Of a DNA stretch of 29,470 nucleotides, positions 14,123-25,720 are shown piece after piece. Made by a program: the position numbers and the translations under genes. This DNA is from Macrostomum lignano (taxonomy: Eukaryota): NCBI GenBank assembly GCA_002269645.1, contig NIVC01004984.1:1-29470 (forward strand), given 5' to 3'. Under the pieces are notes generated by a model, which was not told the DNA's origin, ran no database searches, and was given only the letters and a program-made list of their open reading frames with translations. Positions within the stretch are counted from its first letter, which is position 1. Each line of letters begins with the position of its first letter.

Positions 14123-14974
14123 TCTCTGTTCCATTCAGGAAATTGATCATTTTACCCGCCCTAATCTCTAAAAAAAATTTCTGTCGATTTTCCCGCTTCC
14201 TGCTTCATCCCTGGTTACTGAGCGGCCTGTTGTGGAGACCGAGTTCGGAGTGAAACAAGCAGCAGCTAAAATATAAATCTTCAAAACTTTTTGGGATGGT
14301 AAAAGTTTTAACTGTTTTGCAGGACTTTCTCTTATTTAGCAAAGTGGGTACACGAAAGGTGATCACCTTTCCTATCACAGATTACAGCTTCCGGCCCTGC
14401 TTACAGATGCAGACTCTGCTCCTGCGCAAATTAACTAGATTGATTGCGCCGACTCTGATAGATACAAAACAAGGTGACGCATCGGCTTGCTTGCAATCCA
14501 GGTCTGAGGTCTGAAAGGAACAGGCAAAGTCATTCCATAATTTCATAATGTTCAGCCAGTGACTTGTCGAGCGTACAGAACTCATCTAGCATAATAGACA
14601 GGTGAACAGGGCGTTATACCCAAGTGGGATTGGAGGCGACTCAGTCCTGGAGGCTTCGCACGGCTTCGCGAGTCCATTAGGTTCGTCTCTGACTGAGTAA
14701 AAGATTGCCCACTAATTATAGATCCTTAGCGACTATATTCTGATAGCAATATTCTTCCTCACATGTACAAACCGTGTCGTTGTATTAAGAAGCTGCCTCT
14801 GAAGACCAGATCTATACATATAATGTTGCATTATAGTCCTAATCTAAGTAGTCCCTGATGTTACCTGAACTCACAGATTGTCATAGTCACACAGGTTGTC
14901 CCGCCACATGTCTTTCAAGCACCCAGTTGTGTCCTAAAATTCATTCGCACCGGACCGTCGGATTTTGATTCTAA

Positions 14975-15457
14975 CTGAGTACACTGGCTGGCTGAGTACA
15001 CTGGCCGGTTGAGTACACTGGCTGGCTGAGTACACTGGCCCGTTGAGTACACTGGCTGGCTGAGTACACTGGCCGGTTGAGTACACTGGCTGGCTGAGTA
15101 CACTGGCCGGTTGAGTACACTGGCTGGCTGAGTACACTGGCCGGTTGAGTACACTGGCTGGCTGAGTACACTGGCCGGTTGAGTACACTGGCTGGCTGAG
15201 TACACTGGCCGGTTGAGTACACTGGCTGGCTGAGTACACTGGCTGGCTGAGTACACTGGCTGGCTGAGTACACTGGCAGGCTTAGTACACTGGCCGGTTG
15301 AGTACACTGGCCGGTTGAGTACACTGGCCGGTTGAGTACACTGGCCGGTTGAGTACACTGGCCGGTTGAGTACACTGGCCGGTTGAGTACACTGGCCGGT
15401 TGAGTACACTGGCTGGCTGAGTACACTGGCCGGTTGAGTACACTGGCCGGTTGAGTA
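14975..15457. repeat. 17-bp minisatellite (GAGTACACTGGCCGGTT / GAGTACACTGGCTGGCT), ~28 copies, same family as 13250-13774
   Basis: Directly visible; the two variants alternate as a 34-bp dimer in the left half and form homogeneous runs in the right half. Confidence 0.97.
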
Positions 15458-15988
15458 GATCTAGAAAGTCCTAGAGGAATAAGTACAGCAGACTGCCGCC
15501 TCAATTGACTGCCTCCCACGCAAGCATGTTATCTTTGCCGTGGCAAAATGCATGTACTGGCATGTAAAACATCTCTAATTAAAACAAGTCCTTAATTAGC
15601 TAACACGTCTCCTCAACAGTGTATCATAGGATTCATAGTCATGGTTTTCCCAATAAAATACAACGAATGTTATTTCAATACCTGTTGAACATCTTTCAGT
15701 TTGGGCGAGGCTGCGCTTCGAGGACGTGACATGACGAAGCCAGGTAGCAAGGTTTCTTCAAGATCCTCCTGCTGACCCTACTGGGACTGCGCAGGCTCGA
15801 TCCGTAACAGGCGGTTGGAGTGACGAAAAGTTGGGACCTTGCGATTTTAGGGTCGCCTTCCTAAGCTCGAAAATTCACATCGTCAAAAATCTTTCTGGCC
15901 ACTTTATGAGGTTGAAATTTTACATGGTGCAAAACTCAACATTTTTAATACGATTTTTAATACGAGTAGAATCTGCGCAGGTGTGCGA

Positions 15989-16219
15989 GCTCCGATAGCT
16001 ATAGGATGTCTCTGAAATGCTCCGATAGCTATAGGATGTCTCTGAAATGCTCCGATAGCTATAGGATGTCTCTGAAATGCTCCGATAGCTATAGGATGTC
16101 TCTGAAATGCTCCGATAGCTATAGGATATCTCTGAAATGCTCCGATAGCTATAGGATGTCTCTGAAATGCTCCGATAGCTATAGGATGTCTCTGAAATGC
16201 TCCGATAGCTATAGGATGT
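15989..16219. repeat. 30-bp minisatellite GCTCCGATAGCTATAGGATGTCTCTGAAAT x7.7, followed by a short (TTATG)n-like tract to ~16270
   Basis: Head-to-tail copies with one substitution; no spacers. Confidence 0.97.
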
Positions 16220-16680
16220 TATTGTTATGTTATTTTATGTTATGTTATGTTATGTTATTTTTATTGTTATTAAAATAATATAATTAAAGTGCGCGGCCAG
16301 AGAAAATCTCTCGCAGGTAAAAAGCTCTCAACCGATCCGAAAAACAACAAACAACAAAATAGTGCGTGTCCACAGTCAGTTACGGACTTATGGAACTGGA
16401 GCACCGATACAGAGCGCGCCTCTGGGCTTCGTCACCGATACGTCACAGCGTACGTCGTGTCAACTTCCTGTTCAAGCAAGTTCTGGCAGTTCATGAAACT
16501 GCAGGAGCCTTAAATGCTTCACAGGTAACTATAGTTAGGTAGGATAACTGAGTTTGAATGTTTTGGATGTTCGAACGCACGATTATGAGCATTCATTTAT
16601 TCAGTAAGAATTAAAAGACGAGCAAAACGAAATTATATGGACTGCTCTTAAATAGGACTGGAAAAACGTTAATGAACATT

Positions 16681-16985
16681 TATAACAATAATAATTAATT
16701 ACACCTGCCCTAATGGCCAGATGTTCAACCGACAGCTCAGCCGCAGCTATTGCGCGGCGCATCTGAAGGCTGCGTACGGCTGTTCAGTCCAAGGACTCGG
16801 GGGTCGCCACACACTCCCTCAATTACCCCAGCTAATCCTGGCACCCATTTTACAGCTGGGTGAACTGAAGCAATGCAGAGTTAAGCGTCTTGCTCAAGGA
16901 CACAAATTGTTTCGAGTGGGTCGAGAATCGAATCGCCGACGTTTCAGTCGTGATTCGGACGCTCTGACCACTAGGCTATGCTGAG
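16681..16985 (-). mobile_element. tRNA-derived SINE with a CORE (MIR-like) central domain and an AT-rich (TAT/TAA) tail, ~305 bp
   Basis: Minus strand: A box TAGCCTAGTGG (16978-16968), B-box-like GATTCGATTCT (16934-16924), then TGTGTCCTTGAGCAAGACGCTTAACTCTGCATTGCTTCAGTTCACCCAGCTGTAAAATGGG (16904-16844). The last matches the MIR/CORE consensus as I recall it at 44/61 positions without gaps. Ends in TAATTAATTATTATTGTTATA. Confidence 0.8.
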
Positions 16986-17157
16986 AAAATGAGCAAACAC
17001 TAGTCAAACTGAACTGCATAATGTGTTAGTTATTGTCTATGGACATGGATATGTAATTCACAAATTTTTTTCTATAAATGACATTTCTCGAATCAGCCTA
17101 ATAATTTTAAATTAGGCTTGCGATAAAATATAGTGCATTTATTTAGAAAACCTAACC

Positions 17158-18464
17158 ATGACCAACCAGTCTAGCGAGTCCGCCAACGACTTGACAGATG
17201 AATCGAAGCACAACATCAACATGAGCTTCTACTTCACTCTGTGCCATCGAATGGCCGAGCTGGAGCCCATGCTGGTTGAGTTCTACTCCAAGCTGCTGCG
17301 TCAGCTAGGCCTTCTGAACAGTGCAAATCAGATGATTAACGACTCTGAGCAGACACTCACCGAGGAACTGCTGCGGAGCGTCGTCAACTCCAAAGAGGAC
17401 GTCGCAGAGGGCGTTGAATTCCCTCTGTTCCGCGGCGCCTACATCCGGCTGTTTGAGGACGGGTCCCTGTTCCAGAGGATCATGTTCGAAGTGTTCGACG
17501 CCCTGGGTGAAGCCAGGTTGATCTGGATTCGATGGTGAGGAGCGAGCGTTGAGATTTGGGATACCCGATTGTCGATACCCGATTGCCGATACCCTATTGC
17601 CGATACCCGATTACCGATACCCGATTGCCGAAAATCGATTGCCGAAACCCGATTGCCGATACCCGATTGCCGATACCCGATTGACGATACCCGGTTTCCG
17701 ATACCCGATTGCCGATACCAGATCGCCGATACCCAATTGCCGATACCAGATTATCGATACCCGATTGCCGATACCACATTACCGATACCCGATTGCCGAT
17801 ACCACATTACCGATACCAGATTATCGATGCCCGATTGCCGATACCTCATTATCGATACCCGATTACCGATACCCGGTTCCCGATACCCGATTGCCGAAAC
17901 CCGGTTCCCGATACCCGATTGCCGATACCCGGTTCCCGATACCCGATTGCCGATACCATATCGCCGATACCCAAATCTTATCCGGATTTCCACCTCCAAT
18001 TACCCAACACGCTTTACAGGTATTCGGAATACAAGCTCAAAAACAAATCCAATCCAAAGTTGCGCACATTCTATCGCTTCATCGACTACAGCTTCATCTC
18101 GCAGCTTCCCCTGCATCACTACACGGCATTCCAGGCTGACACCCTGCTGTACTGCGAGTGGCGCTGCGCCCACCCCAACCTGATCGGCTTCCATCTGCTC
18201 ATCCTCGCCTGGATGCTCGACGCCCGCGAGTTTTTCCAGTTCGCCCCGGCCGGAATCCAACAGGCCGACCCGCTGCGGAGCCCCCTGCTGCGCAGCTTCT
18301 GGCCGATGGCCGGCCAGCCCCGGATCCGCCTACTGCCTTCGGCCAAATCGCCCACAGAGGCAGCTCCGCCGTCGAGGCCGCCGCCGCGGTCGCCAGCAAA
18401 GACGCCGAGGCTGGAGGGCCGGACCGATAAACGGGCGCGGCTGGCGACCAAGAAGTCGGCCTAG
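17158..18464 (+). CDS. Hypothetical protein, paralogue A, join(17158..17534,18020..18464), 273 aa; Pro/basic C-terminal tail
   Basis: Donor TG|GTGAGG (17535) and acceptor CGCTTTACAG|G (18019/18020) join in phase 2 (..WIR-W-YSEYKL..). GC-rich codon-like composition; homologous to the gene at 19609-20789 in both exons. Confidence 0.85.
17560..17977. repeat. 14-bp minisatellite CCGATACCCGATTG, ~30 copies, filling the intron of paralogue A
   Basis: Directly visible, with variants (CCGGTTCC, CCACATTA, CCAGATTA). Confidence 0.96.
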
Positions 18465-18967
18465 ACTCTGCAGGAAGTTTTGCTTTTGCTTAAAAAGTTA
18501 AAAGTACACAATGCCCGCGATATTTACTAAATATCAAATCTATCAAATCTTTTTTATTTGTGGAGCCTCAGTGATTTGGTGTTAAATTTTGAGGATTTGA
18601 AAGACGTTCTTTTAAAAAGTATTTGAAACCAAAAACTGTTTTTTACGCAGAACTTGATCGAGAATTCATTAGGCATTTGCTGGGTCGACACAATTCCGAA
18701 TTGTCCTTTCATATTCTTTTAATATCAAATTTGACAATGACTCTGCCCTCGTGCAACGCCTTCGGCGACATCGTCCTTTAATCGTTCTTTTTAATCGCTC
18801 GGCATGTACGACGTACGACGATCATACGACGCAAGAATCACACTTGTTTACCGCTGAGCTGCTCAGCCCCGTGTGCGACCACCTTGGACCAAGCTTATGC
18901 TGGCTTCAAAAGAGAGAAAGTGCTAATTTTTACTAAAAATTAACAAATCACCTCTCGCTAATCGGTT

Positions 18968-19020
18968 GTCTACTAGATGTCTACTAGATGTCTACTAGAT
19001 GTCTACTAGATGTCTAGACA
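18968..19020. repeat. 11-bp repeat GTCTACTAGAT x4 ending in the palindrome TGTCTAGACA
   Basis: Directly visible. Confidence 0.9.
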
Positions 19021-19608
19021 CTCACTCAGTGCCAGCGCCATGTGCTGCCAGCCGTTTAATGTTGTTTTTTGCCAGCAGAAACCCGCAGGCTTGCAGCTGC
19101 TGTCGAGTGCAGGTGAATTTTTTGTTTAAATAATAATGACAAGGCGCTTCCAAGCCCGCCGGATTTTAACGATAGAATTTGTAAAATTTTGAGTCAGTGT
19201 GCAGTTTTTCCATCTCCCAATAGAGTCCTCAATTATTTAAGTGCTTCGTCTGAAACAATATTTTTTCGAGCGATTCAAGTGCGGAAAAACATAACTGACT
19301 GGCTGACTATTGAAATTCTAAAAAAATACCCTATTAGCATTCATTTGAATGCTGCTACCTTTTCAAGCACTATACGATTTTCGTAAATCTCTAATGACAC
19401 TACTGAGTTTTTAAAAGTAAGTAGAGTAGACGATATTTTGCTATTTCTATGCGAAAATTTTTCTAGTCTAGTCTGTATAACCTCAGGACCACAGGCATTA
19501 CACAAGGAATGAGCGCTTCTGTCTATGGCTAACACCCCTGCGGCTTAAAGAATGATGAATTTATACCAAATAATTTTTGGCTAAATTTGGCGGTCACTTC
19601 CAGTTGGC

Positions 19609-20789
19609 ATGGAGCAGCAGGACCGGGACAAGTTTATAGGTTTCTATTTGTCACTCAGGGAGAGACAGGACGATCTCGATTATGTGATGTGGCAGTTCTT
19701 CACCCAGCTCCTCGCTGCTCTCAGGGACTACCAACAGAAGCAACTGGGCGGTAGTCAAGGCCGAGTGTCTAAAAGTCTCCTCATCGAGGAGGTGGCCCAG
19801 ACCAACTTGAGCGTGAAAATCAACATGCAAAGTTTTACAGACGACTTCGTTCTGTTCCGCGGTGCCTATATTAAAACCTTTCAGGATGGATCTGTGCCCT
19901 ACAAAATACTGCACCTAATCATCGAAGCTCTGGGTGACAGCGCAGAGCCGTTGAAGGCCAAGTGAGTGTGCTGGAGTTGGAGGCTGGAGTGAAATTGGAA
20001 CTGAGTGACACTGGGACTGAGTGAGACTGGGACTGAGTGACACTGAGACTGAGTGACACTGAGACTGAGTGACACTGAGACTGAGTGACACTGAGACTGA
20101 GTGACACTGAGACTGAGTGACACTGGGACTGAGTGACACTGGGACTGAGTGACACTGGGACTGAGTGACACTGAGACTGAGTGACACTGGGACTGAGTGA
20201 CACTGGGACTGAGTGACACTGGGACTGAGTGACACTGGGACTGAGTGACACTGGGACTGACTGACACTGGGACTGAGTGACACTGGGACTGACTGACACT
20301 GGACTGGTTACTGCTTGAAGCTCAAGTGACTTGAAACAAAAATATATATTCAAATATTTAAGATCGAAAAGTACATTGAAAGTTGGGCAGCCAATTTGTC
20401 TCCAATTCAGAGTGCACCAGTTCGAATCCGAGGGCAAGAGCCTGCCGATGCTGCGCGCATTCTACTGGTACGTGGACGTGAACTTCATTTCGCAGCTGCC
20501 AACAGAGTTCCAGGTGGCGTTCACCGTTGACTGCCTGCTGTACGGAGAGTGGCGCATCGACCACCCGAACCTGGTCGGCCTGAACCTGCTGGCCCTGGCC
20601 TGGATGCTGGGCGAGGCCCAGTTTCACCGCTTCCTGCCCGACGGCATGAAGGACTGCCAGCCGGTGAAGAGGCCGATTTTTAAGCAGCTGCTGCCGCTGG
20701 TCGGCATTCGAGTTCGGTACAACGACAATGCCACTAAGTCCGGTCAGCAGCTGAAGGGTCAGGATAGTCAGCAGAAAAACGGGAAATAA
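19609..20789 (+). CDS. Hypothetical protein, paralogue B, join(19609..19961,20411..20789), 243 aa
   Basis: Consensus donor AA|GTGAGT (19962) and acceptor CTCCAATTCAG|A (20410/20411) join in phase 2 (..PLKA-K-VHQFES..). Shares LFRGAYI..F.DGS, FISQLP, LLY.EWR..HPNL.G and LAWML with paralogue A; AATAAA at 20862. Confidence 0.87.
20001..20305. repeat. 16-bp minisatellite CTGAGTGACACTG(G/A)GA, ~19 copies, in the intron of paralogue B
   Basis: Directly visible. Confidence 0.97.
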
Positions 20790-20861
20790 GTTGGGGCTCT
20801 GATTTTCCAATACTTTCTTTATTCATTGAAAATTTATCAAAATATATTTTTGCTTTTTTCG

Positions 20862-20867
20862 AATAAA
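20862..20867 (+). promoter_or_regulatory. Candidate polyadenylation signal of paralogue B
   Basis: AATAAA ~72 nt downstream of the stop codon. Confidence 0.5.
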
Positions 20868-20893
20868 GCTAGCGTATTTAAGTTGCATTCCTC

Positions 20894-20999
<106 letters not shown>

Positions 21000-22069
21000 G
21001 TTTTGGACGCTCATTTTGTAGCTCCTTCATCATCTAGCCGAAAAAATGCTCAAGAAAAGAGCTCACACAATGATCTTCTAGCTGTAAGGAAGGTTTTTCG
21101 CGAGCTCTTTGAGCCACGCCCTTTTCTCGGCAGCTGCAGATTGCTAACGCGACTCAGCTTCTTCAGAGAGCGGCGTGAAACCTCGTGACTGTTTGCCTGT
21201 CATTCCATTATGCATTTGTTATTGAAGAAGAAATTACTTTAAAGGTGAAAAGCTTATTTCAAAGGTTGGAACCCATTATCTGAACAATGAACTTTAAGAG
21301 CCTTTGAACGGCAGATCAAACACGTCATGGCAAGTTTTAGTGGTAAAATTCAGTGGGCTTCCAGTTTTATTTTGCGATGACAAGTGTAGTGTCCACAGTT
21401 GTCAAATACTGAGTTGACAATGCGGCTATAAAGTGCTTCCAAATACAGTAAAAACTGCATCAAACATCAGTTGTCTCAACCAGCCGCTAAATTTTACGAG
21501 AGCATGCGGATGCTGAGACTAAAGTTGAGCGTCAGGCTAAAATCCTGGGTCACTTCAATTTTCCGGCTGGCTTGATCTATCAATATGTAATGGATTGAAA
21601 CGCGTACTGCATAGGCTAGGAAGCTAAGCTCGTAGCTTTTAAATACAAGCTTGTTAGACAGTCCTTCGTGGAGGGCTTGGACAGGGGGAGAGGATTATTA
21701 AGATAAGCTTGGGTGTGTAACGCATTAGCAGAGTTGCAGTTTATTTGGATGGATTCGAAATTGACAAGCGCATATTATATTACAAATTAAATTAAGTTGC
21801 CCTTTAACGACAAACTGCGGATTTCAAATATAGACAAGTACTTTACAAAATTAAGAAGTATTCTAGAATATTCTAGAATAATAATGCGGATTCACCTATT
21901 AAAAAAGAACATATCAATAATTAGCAATTACATCTACAGCAATGCATCTAGTATCGACTCTACTTTACTTTTATATATCTGTGGAAGCTGGTTAGGCTGT
22001 TCAGCGCCACTCGTTTTAATACAGCACTTGACTCACTCACTGGCAACTTGCGTAAACAAAGGGCTAAAA

Positions 22070-22560
22070 GGGGTTGGGGCTAAGCCACGCAGGGCTGAGG
22101 GTGGGGCCTAGCCACGCAGGGCTGGGGCTGGGGGGGCCTAGCCACACATGGCTGGGGGCTGGGGGTGGGGCCTAGCCACACATGGCTGGGGCTGGGGGTG
22201 GGGCCTAGCCACACATGGCTGGGGCTGGGGGTGGGGCCTAGCCACGCAGGCCTGGGGGCTGGGGTGGGGCCTAGCCACGCAGGCCTGGGGGCTGGGAACT
22301 GGGGGTGGGGCCTAGCCACACAGGGCTGGGGGCTGGGGTGGGGCCTAGCCACGCAGGCCTGGGGGCTGGGAACTGGGGGTGGGGCCTAGCCACACATGGC
22401 TGGGGGCTGGGGGTGGGGCCTAGCCACGCAGGCCTGGGGGCTGGGGGTGGGGCCTAGCCACGCAGGCCTGGGGGCTGGGAACTGGGGGTGGGGCCTAGCC
22501 ACACAGGGCTGGGGGCTGGGGGTGATGGCTAATCCACGCAGGCCTGGGGGCTGGGGGAGG
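22070..22560. repeat. G-rich minisatellite anchored on GGGGCCTAGCCAC, ~14 units of variable length (~27-42 bp)
   Basis: Directly visible; several G4-G6 runs per unit on the + strand. Confidence 0.93.
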
Positions 22561-22857
22561 AGGCACAGAGTTGAAGAGCGCGAGAGAAGAAGGGGGAGAT
22601 CGAGCTAGCCAATCAGGGCCTCCGCGGCAAGAGACATAGATTGGACTGGCCCAAACGATAGAGAAACGTAAAGGGGCAGCCGTTGAAAATACAAGCGTAC
22701 ACAAAAACAAGAATGGAGGCTTAAGACGGGGCAGACTAGAATAAACTTACGGCAGAGCGCGAGGGTCGGGGCAAGAGCATTGTGAAGCACAGCTCAGAAT
22801 TTCATCCCCAAACCAAAAAGAGCATGAAATAAAATGCATTATACAAAATCATCTCCG

Positions 22858-24687
<1,830 letters not shown>

Positions 24688-25315
24688 AGACTAAGCGAGT
24701 TTATGAGCAGTCACAGAGTCCTGATTCCTGAGTAGTTTAACAGCAAACTTTTTATTCAAATAATATTACTTACCCAACAATTCAGCCAAAGTGACTGCTC
24801 GTCGAACAGTCAGAATAAAAACTTTTGCTACTTCCATTGAGCCCGTCGTGTCCCCGCGTCTGAAATGTTCAGTTTCGAGTAATCAATATATTATTAATTT
24901 TGCACTTACAGTACAACAGTGAAACAACAGTAAAACATTCAAAACAAAGCCTATGAATTAATGCTTTGAACTTACATTCGTAAGCCGCTCGTGCTACACA
25001 AATTAATAAGTGAAGTTTTATGAGCTCAGTCGAGTGGCCCATGGTAGCTATTTTCGGATTCGTTGCATCACTTTTTCTGACTTGCACGTTGCTCTGTTCC
25101 CGATTCACCTTTTCTCGCAAAATTGAAGCATACAAAACTTTGAGGGATTTTGGTCTCGATAAGAGTCTCGAATTTTTGCACTGGCCAAATAATCAGATTT
25201 AAAAAAAGCATCGCCAGGTGACAACGAAGAAATAAAAAACAATATGAGATTTCCTTTTGATTATGTATACTCAGTAGCATCGACAAGTCGCCATCACAGA
25301 AGATACCGTTGTTAG

Positions 25316-25720
25316 CACTCATTTTTTGCGCCACAGACAGTCACTCATTTTGGCGCCACAGACAGTCACTCATTTCAGCGCCACAGACAGTCACTCATTT
25401 TGGCGCCACAGACAGTCACTCATTTCAGCGCCACAGACAGTCACTCATTTTGGCGCCACAGACAGTCACTCATTTTGGCGCCACAGACAGTCACTCATTT
25501 CAGCGCCACAGACAGTCACTCATTTCAGCGCCACAGACAGTCAATCATTTTTGCGCCACAGACAGTCACTCATTTCAGCGCCACAGACAGTCACTCATTT
25601 CAGCGCCACAGACAGTCACTCATTTCAGCGCCACAGACAGTCACTCATTTCAGCGCCACAGACAGTCACTCATTTCAGCGCCACAGACAGTCACTCATTT
25701 CAGCGCCACAGACAGTCACT
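25316..25720. repeat. 25-bp minisatellite CGCCACAGACAGTCACTCATTT(CAG/TGG), ~16 copies
   Basis: Directly visible. Confidence 0.97.

Noticed and set aside
13418-15519. Minus-strand ORFs with STSQCTQPVNVLN / STGQCTQPASVL repeats (102-182 aa)
   Set aside because: Open in all three frames only because the 17-bp unit lacks stops on that strand; they are translations of minisatellites, one of which is intronic.
15989-16219. 30-bp repeat as a CRISPR array, and the MSLKCSDSYR ORF
   Set aside because: Units are head-to-tail with no spacers, there are no cas genes, and the context is eukaryotic; the ORF is repeat-derived.
16910-16985. Functional tRNA gene on the minus strand
   Set aside because: A and B boxes are present, but acceptor and T stems do not pair convincingly and the sequence runs straight into a CORE domain; better explained as a SINE head.
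17158-17538. ORFs 17158-17538, 19609-19965 and 12829-13164 as complete single-exon genes
   Set aside because: Each stop codon lies inside a GT donor (GTGAG, GTGAGT, GTAAAT), and an in-phase downstream exon continues the protein.
17549-18183. PIPDCRYPIADTR-repeat ORFs and a 251-aa ORF starting in the repeat
   Set aside because: They lie in the intron of paralogue A; only the part from 18020 is real exon.
18000-18451. Antisense and alternative-frame ORFs over GC-rich exons (also 12787-13176, 19651-19914, 20358-20810, 22926-23728)
   Set aside because: Shadow ORFs expected from GC-rich codon usage; no motifs.
25068-25334. Hydrophobic ORF as the fucosyltransferase membrane-anchor exon
   Set aside because: AT-rich, with no compatible strong donor identified; the exon at 24591-24687 has a consensus donor, the correct phase and typical type II topology.
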